Shown: positions 21,884 to 33,934 of the stretch, in pieces | How positions within the stretch are numbered: the first letter of the stretch is position 1 | Layout: every line of letters begins with the position of its first letter | From: Cyanidioschyzon merolae | Taxonomy: Eukaryota | Length of the DNA: 64,000 bases | Direction: 5' to 3' (one strand) | NCBI GenBank assembly: GCA_000091205.1 | Contig: AP006491.2 | Translations under genes and position numbers: made by a program | Notes under the pieces: model-generated | What the model saw: only the letters and a program-made list of their open reading frames with translations | Databases searched by the model: none | What the model was told of the DNA's origin: nothing

Positions 21884-23822
21884 CCTGAGCACTACCTCGT
21901 GTTTGCAAAACGGCACACAGCAGATAAAACCAGACTACTGTGAAGCAGAGACGACTGCTAAAAAAGGCACACTAGCAACTGCGTTCTATACTTGCCAACG
22001 CGACCAGGCACTGGCGACTAAGAATCGTTGGTATCGATTTCAGTGCCTTCGCTGCGCTTTCGATGTGCAGTCGTATGATCAATCGATCGAGCTCTGGGTG
22101 TAAACAGTACGCTCGCCATTATCTGACCTGACCTGCTCTGCTCTGATCTGGACTTTGTGTAACGTGGAGGCTTCTCCAGGTGCCGGTGGTCTCTATTCTG
22201 GTTCCCAGGGCGTTCGCACTTCCGTGGGTCGCCATGCTGGACAGGTCGTTCTTACACGATAGGAAAGCAACGCGAGGAATACGAGCATCGGCGTCAGCGA
22301 GGAGCTGGCATCGGGCGAGCTTCAAAGGTTTCCCTTTGAATATGTCTCGGTCTTGCGCGGCTCGTGATGATTAGACTGCGTAAAGGCGCTCATGGAGTCG
22401 TGTTAGGCGCAGGTCGGGATGCGACCGGCGCGACAGATAGCTCGATACCGAGACTTTGCGTTGTAAGCGCTGCCCCAGATATTCTACGTCGTAAACGAAT
22501 CACCTGTTGACCGTCAAAGTCTCCACACAGTTTGAACTCGAGAGTCGCGGAACCCTGGGAAACGCCGGGTATTCCCGCGACCGGAACGCCTAGAGGTCTG
22601 ACGTGCTTGGCGCGCTCGGGCGCCCCATCTGGCAAGAACTCCCGATAGCCTGCACTCCTCGTGATAGAACGGGCTATTGCTTTGCGTGATACACGCACAA
22701 CCCGTCTAGAAAATGGAAGTTGGACCGGAATCCAGCGGTGTAATCTGCAGTGCGGGGGTCGTGCTTTCGGTAGCATGGCGTGTGGTGCATGCGCCGAGGC
22801 CGTGACGCTACGTTTCAGGAGATAACGAGTTGGCAGAATGCCGCTGGCGCTGTCGGAGATGGCTCGCTGTCAGCGACTCGCTCGCAGTGAAAACTTATTT
22901 TGGAAGCTCCTCACCGGTGGATAGCAGCCGCGTCGATGGCGTTCCGGCTGGCGCAAACGAAAGCTGTCCGCATTCGCATCCATAGAAGCGATATCAAGGG
23001 CAGCTTATTATTTCCGGACGACTCTGAATATATCGAGCTGAATGCATGGGCAGTGCGGCGTTCACGTACGCTTCAGACCTCGTGAACATGCCTCTAGAAT
23101 ACTGGGCTTTGCGATAGCATGCGTTCAGGAATCTCAGTACAGGTTGCGCTGAAATGCTGGGTACCTTTGGGCGTGTCTGCCTCTACGCATCATTCGTGCA
23201 TCGTGCTGGCGGCTCCAGAAGTCAAGAGCAAGGCCTCGTCTTTGTACCATGCGTTACGGAGGACACCGACCTTAACAAAACGGTGGGCATGTACACTGCG
23301 AATCAGCATGACCACTAAAATTGCGGATATGATAGGAAAGATGGGTCCGTCTTCCTCGTACCCGCTTTCGACACGTTTCATGTCATCAGCGTGCGCAATT
23401 ATGAGCCAGTGCTCTTCTCTACTTTTTGGGGGCAACATCCTCGCCCGTGTTTCATAAAGGCGATCGCCACTTTCGCGATGGTCACTCTTCTCATACTCGT
23501 CCCTGCTTTCGAGACTTTGCATGCCATCCGCGAGCGCCATCCTGGCAAGGTTTCGTCTCTAATTGCCGCAGCAACCTATTCGCCCGTGTTTCATGAATCT
23601 GAGCACCATTGCAGCGAAATTCATTCTGGGACGCTAACGCCGACTCATCTGGCTGCGACTCGCTCTGCTTCGTGTCCACAGAGTCCACGACATTTCCAGA
23701 TCAGTCAGGAGAGCTTCAGAGAAGCCATCTACCCTGCATCCGTATCGCCGAGAGACACCTCTGCGGAGCCGCTACCGGCCCTCAGCCGATGATTATCTCT
23801 CAAAAGCACGCCTTCAAGGCTT

Positions 23823-24662
23823 TTACTTATGAAGGGAAGGTGATGAAATCGGATTCGCAGAAGATCGTTCGCTGGTTACAGCACGTCCCCCGGTGCTGCG
23901 GCGACGAGTATGCGTTGCATCGTAACCCGTTAGGTAGCGCCAGAAAAGCTGCATGCCCTCCCAGATGCGCAAAAGACGGCTACCACGCCCGCCGTATCGT
24001 TGTTTGCCCCAGCTGAACGGGACATAACCATATAAACGCATGTGTTCAATCTGGCGCTTCATGGTAACCGAGAATAACACGAGGAAATACAGAACAAGCA
24101 CAGGCCAGTATACTGGCACATCAAAAATTGGGACCAGCGTAGCAACGAACGACATCGCGACACTTTTCAGACTTTGCCACCAAAACTGGAACTCGGGAAG
24201 ACGTCGCACAAAAGGACGATACTCAAGATTCGTCCCGTTCAAGGGATCAAGCTCTGCAAAGGCGCCAGTTGAACCACTCGTCCGACGTCGAATCGGGAGG
24301 GCGATGCGCTCATCCTCCTGAATTTCGTTCACGTCGCGTGGTTGCAAAAAGCCGAGCATCAGGTTAAGATTGTATATGGCAAGAGCGTAGGCAACAACGT
24401 AAAATCCTTGGGTCCAGTAGACACGCAAAGCAAAGAGCGCTCCAAGCGTCCAGAGTGCCAGCCAGCGAGCCGTGCGGTGCGGCACGGAAATGTCTAACCA
24501 GTGCTGGAGACGACGCCTCCAACGATACGAATACCGCAAACTGTAGGAACGCACAATACCCAGCAAGTTTGTGTTTTCGACAAAGTCTGCATCTGATGCT
24601 CGCATTGATGAAGAAGCAGGGCTACTCGAGGTCAAGTCAACGGGGGCCGCACTCGTTGCCAT
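23823..24662 (-). CDS. Rer1 family protein (retrieval to ER)
   Basis: LGIVRSYSLRYSYRWRRRLQHWLDISVPHRTARW, followed by 4 TM segments, matches the Rer1 N-terminal pattern (YQSWLDKSTPYTAVRW). An ORF-start ATG also exists at 24836, which would add a Pro/Gly-rich N-terminal extension. Confidence 0.7.
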   Translation of the reverse strand: MATSAAPVDLTSSSPASSSMRASDADFVENTNLLGIVRSYSLRYSYRWRRRLQHWLDISVPHRTARWLALWTLGALFALRVYWTQGFYVVAYALAIYNLNLMLGFLQPRDVNEIQEDERIALPIRRRTSGSTGAFAELDPLNGTNLEYRPFVRRLPEFQFWWQSLKSVAMSFVATLVPIFDVPVYWPVLVLYFLVLFSVTMKRQIEHMRLYGYVPFSWGKQRYGGRGSRLLRIWEGMQLFWRYLTGYDATHTRRRSTGGRAVTSERSSANPISSPSLHK

Positions 24663-25271
24663 CGTCGAAACGCTCCGGCCGAACACCGGCCCCGCAGGCT
24701 GAGGTATTCCGGGGGCGGTGTGTTCTCCACTTTGAATATTTGTTCCAGGTCTGATGGTAGTCCAAGTGGTGCCACCACCATACGGCCGAAAAGCGTTGCC
24801 GGGTAAAGCACCTCGATCGGCAGGACCAGCGCTCATCGCAGATTCGCCAAAGGGTGTCCTCCGTGTTCCACGCCAAACTTGTGCAGCTTCTGCGCGGCTC
24901 TCTTTGTGCAGGAGACCGCTACAGTTGAGAACAGCTTCTCAGTTTCTTTACGAAGGGTCACGTGTCGTCTCTCGGTGCGGTAAAAACCGCTTCTGGTGAC
25001 CGCTCAAGCCAGGGTGACGCCTGTTACCCCTAGCCACGCACTGGGAGCGCTCCGCCGTACCAGGGTGCGCGGTTGGGTTTTCTCGCTCGCAGCAACGTTA
25101 TCGCCACTACCAGAAACGTCGAAACAAAGCGCCACTTGGCGAGCAAAGTAACGAGTGACACCTGTCGTCAGAGACGCTTTTTCGCGCCTCTGTTCACTCG
25201 TTGGGGACAATCGACAGCAACGGTACAGAGCAAGAAAGTTTCGCGTCGATGGAGGAATTTAATATCCACCC

Positions 25272-25800
25272 GCAGAAGCCTACCAGCGTTCTTTGCCCGG
25301 CCCGCTGTTATCGGTTTCAGCTTATCCTCATAAACTTTGAGCCTGAGGGGCAGCCCCACAAAAACTGACTCGCTTAAGCTCCGCGGGTGTCGTCTTCAGC
25401 ACCCCATATCGTCATATACTGATGACCGCGTTAAAGCCTCGGTTCACGAACTCCATGCGTTTGTTGCCTCTGATGGAACTCTTCAGCGGAGGGATTGCTA
25501 GAACTCGTCCCCTCTGTGTCAATACATGCTCGTCATTGTCCCGCCGTGCAAACACCTTTTCTCGTTTATCTCCCCTGTTCTTCCTCCTCTCCTTCTTGGT
25601 CACTTGCTGTTCTTCGCTCGATAGTCGGCGAGAAGAGGATTTTTCGTTTTTTTTCCAGCACCCGGCAGTGACAGCTCTCCAGGATCCCCGGCATCCATGT
25701 CCATACCATTCCCTTGGATTTTATATTTCTTCTAATGAATGTACTTGGAACGTGTCTGCTATACACCGCGAACACGCATTTGTTTACATGCACCTGGGCT
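25272..25800 (-). mobile_element. short (about 0.53 kb) internally deleted copy A of a TnpB/Fanzor-like element
   Basis: It shares about 530 bp with the copies at 35583-36100 and 42965-43497 and with both ends of the long copy at 37351-39610. It carries a minus-strand remnant (25412..25603) ending in the RuvC-III-like motif KRMEFVNRGFNAVISI. It has no terminal inverted repeats. Boundaries are approximate. Confidence 0.6.
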
Positions 25801-26641
25801 TGGAACCCAGTCGAGGTGAAATACTAGAACCAGATCGTTTTCCGTAGGTACGGCTCTTGTGCGAGCGTTCCTGCGTCGTCAGCTATATATAAGCGGTTGA
25901 AGCCAAGACCGGCATCCTATTTTTAGGTCACGCGTCTGATCCAGTCATCGAACGCCCGGGACGAGCCTGGCCCCCCGGCTGAGACACCTTGCTTGCTCAC
26001 TGTGTCCGAAAATTCGATGCTGCTAGCTTCCCAACAACTCGGTGAGAAACGTCGACTGTAGCGGGCGCGCTGTGCTTCTACGCTACCGGCAATTGGGGTA
26101 CAACCTACGACCATGGTGTTCACGGTTGGCACTCCAGGTGGAGCGCCTTCCACCGTCAACCAGCAAATAGGTCTCTTCTAATCCGTCTTGGTGCCAGCGC
26201 TTTCCTACAAGGCAACTTGGTATATCCCGCACATGGATTTGCACACGGATCGCCGCCTTCCAACAGCAAGATGTGTATACGTCTGGTACCTTGAAGTCTC
26301 AGCCTGTTTGAGGAACTAACATGTGCCGCAAGCCGCAGCCGATTTGCATCGAGAAAGATCGTCGGCTCTAACCGAGGATCCGAAAGTACGCAATGGACAT
26401 CTGCACCAACTGCAGCATCGACCATACCGCATCATACATCCGAGTATCGCCATCAACCTTCAAAATCTTTCTCATCATAACCACCCCCAGCACCATTCAA
26501 ACTTGCCTTTGGGGATTCATGCCAGTCCGCCCGACAGCATCCGCTGGGCGCCGTCGACGTTGCCGGGGCACGCACGTCCTCGCACCGCTGGCTCGACGCA
26601 AGTTCCATCCAACCAAAACGGGCGTTCCTATTGGTCTGCGT

Positions 26642-28567
26642 ATGCCTTCGAAGAACAACTCGCGCAAGTTTCGGGTTAAGCAGGCCCAGAAAGAACAGAA
26701 CCAGGTAAACGCAGTCAATGGAGGACCAGCGAGCGAACACCTGGTCAACGGGATCAACGCCTTGACCGTCGGCACTGGACCACCTGGGGACCGGCGATCT
26801 CTGTTACCGCCACCGCCCTCGGAACCCGGTGAGGACGGGTACTTCGTCGAGAGAACAGGTCCTGACGCTGCTACCAGACGATCAGCTTCCTTGGACATCT
26901 CCATAGAAGGAATCAATCTCATGGTTGGGCGACGAGAGTTGCTCGCCTCAGCCACCCTGAAACTCACCTACGGACGCAAGTACGGTCTGGTGGGGCGCAA
27001 CGGCGAGGGTAAAACACAGCTGCTGTGTGCGCTGGCACATCGCCGACTCCCTGTGCCCTCACATATCCGCATCGCTCACGTCGAGCAAGAGGTTCAAGGC
27101 GACGACACAAAGGTGCTAGACGCAGTTTTGCAAAGCGATCGCGAGCGCGAGTACCTGCTTTACTGGGAGAAGCGGCTGCTACAAGACCAATCGGACTGGG
27201 CAGGCGAGGCCCTTATGGAAGTTTACGAGCGTCTAGATGAGCTGGATTCTGACGCAGCGGAGACTCGGGCATCCATGATCCTGCGGGGTCTCGGCTTCAC
27301 CGCTGAGGCGCAGCAGCGACCCACGCGGGAGTTTTCCGGCGGCTGGCGCATGCGCATTCGACTAGCGATGGCGCTCTTCCAACAACCGGATCTGCTGCTC
27401 CTCGACGAGGCCAATAACCATCTCGACTCGGTATCTTTGCTTTGGCTCGCCTACTTTCTCCGGGCGTGGCCCCGGACAGTGCTCATGGTGTCGCACGATC
27501 GGTGGTTGCTGAATGAAGTCGCCCAGGATACGATTCTGCTCCATCGAAAACGCCTTGTATACTATGGTGGCAACTACGATTCTTATTTGAAGACTCGTGC
27601 AGAGCAGCAACGACACGCGTTAGCGGTGGCGAGTTCCCAACAGCGCCGTGCAGCGGAGCTCAAGAACTTCATCGCACGATTCGGGCATGGCCATAAGAAG
27701 ATGGCCCGCCAGGCGCAGAGCCGCATGAAAATGCTACAGCGATTGGAATCCGAAATGATCGAGGTCGATGAGGACGACCCCTCGCTGCGGATTGAGTTCC
27801 CTGCGGCAGAGTATCTGCCGCCGCCGCCTTGCATCTCCGTCAACAACGTTGGTTTTCGATACAGTCCTGATGGTCCGATGCTCTATCGCGACCTCAATTT
27901 TGGGCTAGATTGCGACTCTCGGGTAGCGATTATCGGACCTAATGGGGCGGGAAAGTCGACGTTTCTGAAGCTTCTCGCTGGGGAAATTGTGCCGACCGAA
28001 GGCTGGATCTCGCGGCACCCGAAACTGCGTATCGCGACGTTTGCGCAGCACCACGTGGACTCCATGGAGGACCTCGAGCGCAGCGCGGTGGACCACATTC
28101 GGAGCTTGTGGCCAACCCTTGAGGTGGCCGAGTGCCGAGCGCTTCTCGGCCGTTTCGGTCTGAGTGGCTCGCTTGCCACCATGCCCATGAAGTTGCTTTC
28201 TGGGGGCCAGAAATCACGCGTGCAATTCGCGGTCATGGCGGCGATGCGCCCGTCTCTCATGCTGTTCGATGAGGTCACCAATCACTTGGACATGCAGACA
28301 ATCGACAGCCTAGCGATTGCTCTGAACGCATTCCCAGGCGGTGTCGTGTTGGTAACGCACGACACCCGTTTTCTGAGTTTGGTTGCAAATGAGATCTGGG
28401 TCGTCCGACCGGGGAAGTCTCCTCAAGAATCGGGCACCGTAGAGGTCTGGAACGGAGACTACGACGACTATAAGGCGGCCATTGAGCGAGAACTGGAGGA
28501 AGCAGGTCTTCTAGCTGCAGCGAAGCAGGAGGCTGCAGCGCTTGCGCTCCAGCGCCTATCTTCATAG
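26642..28567 (+). CDS. ABC-F family ATPase (GCN20/ABCF3-like), two nucleotide-binding domains
   Basis: Two Walker A sites (GLVGRNGEGKTQLL; IIGPNGAGKSTFLKLL), two ABC signatures (FSGGWRMRIRLAMAL; LSGGQKSRVQFAVMA), Walker B segments (LLLLDEANNHLD; LMLFDEVTNHLD), an inter-domain linker and no TM domains. The ORF opens at an ATG at 26393, but the ABCF-like sequence begins near the ATG at 26642. Confidence 0.9.
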   Translation: MPSKNNSRKFRVKQAQKEQNQVNAVNGGPASEHLVNGINALTVGTGPPGDRRSLLPPPPSEPGEDGYFVERTGPDAATRRSASLDISIEGINLMVGRRELLASATLKLTYGRKYGLVGRNGEGKTQLLCALAHRRLPVPSHIRIAHVEQEVQGDDTKVLDAVLQSDREREYLLYWEKRLLQDQSDWAGEALMEVYERLDELDSDAAETRASMILRGLGFTAEAQQRPTREFSGGWRMRIRLAMALFQQPDLLLLDEANNHLDSVSLLWLAYFLRAWPRTVLMVSHDRWLLNEVAQDTILLHRKRLVYYGGNYDSYLKTRAEQQRHALAVASSQQRRAAELKNFIARFGHGHKKMARQAQSRMKMLQRLESEMIEVDEDDPSLRIEFPAAEYLPPPPCISVNNVGFRYSPDGPMLYRDLNFGLDCDSRVAIIGPNGAGKSTFLKLLAGEIVPTEGWISRHPKLRIATFAQHHVDSMEDLERSAVDHIRSLWPTLEVAECRALLGRFGLSGSLATMPMKLLSGGQKSRVQFAVMAAMRPSLMLFDEVTNHLDMQTIDSLAIALNAFPGGVVLVTHDTRFLSLVANEIWVVRPGKSPQESGTVEVWNGDYDDYKAAIERELEEAGLLAAAKQEAAALALQRLSS

Positions 28568-28841
28568 ACAGTGCTTCGTGTGCAATGCCCGTTGCGTAGA
28601 GGGGTCAGGGATCCCAGATATCCGGATCCTGCAGAGTCCCGCGGTTGCGCGGTAACCGCTGGAACATTCTCCACAGAGATGCACTGTATCAGGGTATCCC
28701 GCGCACGCCGTCCATTGCGACATCCGAGTGCAATCGTGCACGCAGGCGCCTGGGGCTGGCGCCCTACGCCGCAGGTGCGTGCAGCAACTGCCGTCACGAT
28801 AGCATGCGAGCGCCGTCACATGCGTGTCGAGTTACGATGCG

Positions 28842-28955
28842 TGCTGCTGCTGCTGCTGCTGCTGCTGCTGCAGTGCTTTCGTTGTTGTTGTTGTTGTTGT
28901 TGTTGGTGGTGGTGGTGCTGCTGCAGTGCTTTCATTGTTGTTGTTGTTGTTGGTA
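28842..28955. repeat. compound microsatellite (CTG)10-(GTT)9-(GGT)4 ... (GTT)6
   Basis: Direct reading, in the 3' flank of the ABCF gene. The LLLL/CCCC/WWWW 'ORFs' here are artefacts of translating it. Confidence 0.85.
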
Positions 28956-30690
28956 TGATCGCCGTGGTGTCGCACGCCCTGTGTCGGAAAGCGTGCCGCT
29001 GATCATATCGCTACAATGTGCACCAGACGCATAGAGAGAAGCTTTAGGTGACGTGCTAGGGACTGGGGCTCGTGCTGCCCAGAGGCATCCGCTTCACAGC
29101 GTGTTGGTGATTTTGCACGACGGAAAGACGCTTTGATTCGTGAATACGCTGAAGAGACTCCTGTAAAGATATGTATCAACGGGAAATGCTTGCATGTTTT
29201 GGCCAAGATATTATAGCGTGTGGGCACTGTATCCTGAGCCTCATCGATTCGCGTTCCAGCGATGTCGCTCGCGCGATCGCCGCTGCGCCAGCGATATGAC
29301 GACGACAAGTGCGAAACCGGTCTCGGCGTTGGCGCAGCGCGGCGCCATGCATGCTGCTCGCTTGACTCGTCTTCACGAGCAGCGGGTTGCCCCCTTATTT
29401 TATCAACCATATAAAGGTCTATCACTTTTCCCGAATAAAGTCTCATCGAGTGAGACGGCCATCCGTCGCTCCTGAAATACGCGTTCATGGTCCAGTGCGA
29501 TATCCATCGTGTACTGTTCAGCGCGGAACGATTTTCCGTTGAAACGACCCTTGTTTTTTGTTCAGGCGGGCCTCTTCATCACCACTCGTATCAAGGGGAT
29601 GGCAGCCTCACATCCGGTGGCTTTTTGGATGGTATTTCACGGAGAACGTACGAAGTGGAATGGAATGACGAGTAGAGAATCGCGCATATATATTCTCAAG
29701 AGTTCTGATTTGGGTGCACGACGCCGAGAGCAAGTATTACGAGAAGCGTGATGCATCCGATAGCTGAACGTAGAATAACTCCCTTGTAGAATTAGACAGA
29801 TATTCCGCAAATTACCTACGACGACACCAAGTCCTCCAGCGACCCGTTTCCATTCAGCTGGATACATTCATTTTTTCAATTGCTGCGAGAAAAACAAACA
29901 AAAAAGGTAGGCGAGTACAGACCTTCCATAATGCACTGCTCTGAATGTAACGATGTGTGCAAGGCACCGCCCGATAATACGTTCTGCGGGTGCTCGCAGA
30001 GTCAGCGCATCGCGCCTTACACCGGCTGTGCACTGAGTCAGTACGTCCTGGGGGACCCAGGTGTGCAGCCACAACGGCATCACGCACCGAGAAAAACGCC
30101 TGGGTACACTGTCACGTGAATCATTCACGCAGGCCGCCATGCATTGACACACGTGTCACAGGAACGCCCCATGTTGCCAAAGCGGCACGCGAGTGCTTCG
30201 TTCCATGGAGCCTGCCAGCCATGTATGCACGCTGCAGCTCTTTGTTCGGATACCGCAAGTCACCTGAACACCCCCACAGACGTATGCACTGAGCACTGGG
30301 CGCAGCGCGTACGGCCCCAAATCCTGCTCCATATCGGCTGCACGGCACGCTGTTATGGTGCATACTGACCCCGCCGCCTCAAGCGCTGCAGCTGCGCGTC
30401 GTGTGCACCACACACCTACGAGCCGTGCGGTACCCGGTGCAAGGTACTGCACCCAGCACTCGATGCTGGACCTATGCATCCGGGTGCCGGCCAACGCCAG
30501 CGCCCGTGCGCGATGCGCCTCTGCCCTGAACAGGCGCCTCTCGGGAGACACACGCAGACACGCGGGATTCGACGCTCGCAGGAGGCGCGCCCGCGGGCCC
30601 TCTGAACCCGCCGCCCTGCATCGATCACGTCGCGATGCGCGCGTCGATTCAGCGTAATCGCATATGCCTCGACGTGACAGCGCTCGCGAG

Positions 30691-30702
<12 letters not shown>

Positions 30703-30725
<23 letters not shown>

Positions 30726-30762
30726 ATCTCGGGATGGCGGCGGCGGCGGCGGCAGCGCTGCA
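30703..30762. repeat. (CTG)8 then (GCG)6 microsatellites
   Basis: Direct reading, in an intergenic GC-rich region. Confidence 0.8.
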
Positions 30763-31181
30763 CACGCACCCAGCGCGTGCATTCAAGATGGGCGCAAGCG
30801 CGGGCGCCGCCGCTGCGCATGGCCCAACGACGCCCTCACTCGATCGGATAGAACGGATGGTGGAGTGCGCTCTCAGCTCCAGAGGACCGGCACCACAGCT
30901 CAGTATTTGAAGAGTGACGATCGTTGCGTTCCGTTCGGACGATTGCTGTCGTCGCTGGAATATTTTGCAAGGAATCGTCCGTGAAGGCGTATTCGGTCGA
31001 GGAGGGGTTTATCGGTGCTCACGTGTAGCGACGCTGGAGAGTCGGCACGCCAACGGACAGCGCAACGGCTAGCGTGAGCGTGCAGCACCGAGGCGTCGAC
31101 GGTCTGCTGGGAGCAACTGATTGCTCTCAGCTTGGTTCGTACGTGAAGAGGTTTGATCGGTGATCGTGATTGTCGATTCCT

Positions 31182-32452
31182 ATGCAGAGGGCACACTCTG
31201 TCCCTTCACAACTAACGCTTCTCTCTGTTCTACAGCGAGACGCAGCGGCAGCGGAAAACCTTCGTATTAGCAAGTCGACGCTTCTACATGTACAGAATCA
31301 ACAGCAACGGCAGCGCCAAGCACTTCAATCTGGGTATGGTGGCGCTTACCGGAACGGGAGCCAGGCACCACCACCGGCTGCGTCATCGACGCTGGTGGCT
31401 GCACTTGAGGAGGCGGCTAACGGCGGCGACGACGCTACCGCCAGTGGGCGATCGGCAGTTCCTGGGCGGCGCTCAAGAACGGAGCGAGGCCTGAGCGCTG
31501 AACGAAACACCAACAAGCCGGTTGGCGCCGACGGACGCACCAGCCGACAGGTTCCAGAGCGGGCCGCAGGTACGCATGAGCCGGAAAGGCGAGCGAACTC
31601 GGGGGCAGGTGGTCGGCGAACGTCGCCCGCGGGCACCTCCGACGTCGAAGTGCAACGACAGGAGCGCTCGACGTGATACGCGAGGCATCTCTTGATGAAG
31701 AGCTTGAAGAGCTTGATGACCTGACTTTGCGGGAATACTGGAAGCGTCTCGACGCATGGGGTATAACGAGCACGAACTCGAGCGCAAACTCCTCTCCGCG
31801 CTCCAGTCCAGCCATCTCACCGATCGAAATGCAACTGGAAGGTGGTACCAACGACATGAATGGTCTTCGACAGGCCGCATCGTCGGAGTATCTCCAACGT
31901 CGCAGTTTACCACGCAAGGATGCGATGGATGTGTTGGCTGAACAGCTGCATGCCGAGCAAGTTCGGCGAGAGCGCGACGCCGAGCGACAGCGTCTGCTGG
32001 AGGCTGCGCGCTCGCATCATTCACGGACGTCGCTGCAACGCACCAACGAGAGCAGCAGCTCGAACGAGGGCTCTGCGTCCACACCGATGATGGGTCTGCC
32101 CTGGCCGGCAGACTCGAACCATTTACAAGGCCATGATCATGTCATGCAGCCACCGGAAATGTGGCGTGTGCAGGCGCACGGTTTTCTCGTCGGACACCAG
32201 ATGCACACCAATGATCATGGCGGCTGGTGGGTCGAGCGCTGGGGCCAACGCCGGGTCAATGCGAGCGGGCCACTCACTGGCGATGAGCGAAACGACTACG
32301 TACGATTCGGGGACAAGTTCGGCATTGATCCGGACGGCTGCAGATGGTCGGAGTGGTGGCTTGAGTTACCAGAACGGCCGGGGGTTGCTCGTGGCTACAA
32401 ATGGGGTCGCAAAACCAACGGCTCCGAGTGGAATGATCAGTGGGAGCGTTAA
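31182..32452 (+). CDS. hypothetical protein with C-terminal Trp-rich repeats; two frames joined at about 31673
   Basis: ORF 31170..31676 (first ATG 31182) is S/R/A-rich low complexity. ORF 31673..32452 has no upstream ATG of its own. It ends with W-rich repeats (GGWWVERWGQRR, GCRWSEWWLE, GYKWGRKTNGSEWNDQWER). Junction and family are unknown. Confidence 0.35.
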
Positions 32453-33416
32453 CCAATGTCGCTCGTGTCGTCGTTTACGCGTGTACCTTCCATCATCTCT
32501 TTTTTGAGGCCGTGTATATTTTTCAATACAAGAAATAATGGGCTTAACTCGCATATCGTGCTTTTTTTGGGGCGCTCTCTACTTGAAAGAAGGGCGAATC
32601 GCAGGAAACTTTAAAAGCCGTTGCGACTGCACCAACAGCTCTATCGGTCCGCGAACAGCGCCACCCAAGGAACTTCGAACTGCCCGACTGGTTGCGCATA
32701 CACTATCTTGCCGCAATCAGGCTCACTGCGCAGCGCTCCTTTAACCAGGTCACTGCGGATCCCGTGTGTCCGAGCTAGGGCGTCACGAACCAGGCCCGCA
32801 CGGCGTCAATCACCAGCGGAGTCGCTCGCAGCACCAGAAAGTACGCTCCGAGGGTTAGCGCGTTCTGACGCATCGCCGCGTGAAGTTGTTCTTTTGTTGG
32901 TTGTGCACTTGGTAGAGTGGCGGGATCCATGACGTTCACGTGTTGGCGTGCAGAGCGCGTCCAGCGTCCAGAGACAGCGGGCCGGGTGGCGGCATGGCGT
33001 GCGGGTTGCACACGCTTCGCCTTCTGGATAGGTACATTTATGCATCTTTATGGATGATTACGGACGTACTGACTTGCTCGCCTGCACATCGCGTCCGCTT
33101 CATGCAGCTCCGTTGAATGGTACATCCCTATATATTTTGGAATATTTATGCCAAATCGGAATAAAATGAACAGTCTTCGGTTCGACTCGCTTCGAACCGG
33201 CACATGGCGAGCTCCACGAATGATTTGCTTCACGACCGCTATACACTGCGCTGGGTTCGAAACACGTCGCTTGCGCCCTGCGAGAAGCATCCGTAGCGCG
33301 GATACCGCCTCGCTTCGTGCCGCAAGAGACGCAACACGAGAGAGATATCATTGTCGCGCACTTTAACGCTCGCATGCGGCTTCTGTGTGCCCCACGGGTG
33401 TAGGGGAGCTGGCTGC

Positions 33417-33900
33417 ATGCTAATCAGGTGGCTCTGGTGTTCGGCCTCGACTAGCGCCTTTTTGTCCGTGCAGCATCCGCACCTGTTTAAGCAGCGGTGG
33501 TTTCACGCCCAACAGCGAAGCTGGAGCCTTGTATCGCGCACGCGGCGCACGCTCTGCCTGGACTTGCGTTTGAGGAGGCTCTTGGAAGCGAACAGAACGC
33601 TTCGATTGGTCGGCTCTGTTCTCGGCGGGCTTGCGCTGGTGCTTCACACGGGTGCGCCCCCAGTGCTACGAGGAAGCGATCACCACGCAACTGGATCACT
33701 TGGCTTCGTTGTGAAACGGACTCGCAACATGGCTTGGCGTGCATCTGGGCACACGAACGCTGAACTTGTTCACAACCTGAAACGTTTGGGTCTTATTGAG
33801 TCGCCGGTGGTCGAAAAGGCTTTTCTGGCAGTCGACCGAAAATACTTTGTGCCAGTTGGGCGGCCAGCATCGGTCTCTTTATCAACGCCAAGCACCTCAG

Positions 33901-33934
<34 letters not shown>

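Noticed and set aside
28571-29034. ORFs translating as LLLLLLLLLL / CCCCCCC / WWWW / AAAAAAAA
   Set aside because: They are artefacts of translating a (CTG)n-(GTT)n-(GGT)n compound microsatellite in three frames.
30156-30782. 208-aa minus-strand ORF, Ala/Arg-rich
   Set aside because: It is low complexity driven by (GCG)n/(CTG)n repeats, with no start-proximal ATG support or domain.
33163-33192. ggttcgactcgcttcgaacc palindrome resembling a tRNA T-arm
   Set aside because: It is a simple 8-bp hairpin with no acceptor, D or anticodon arm structure around it. It is not a tRNA.
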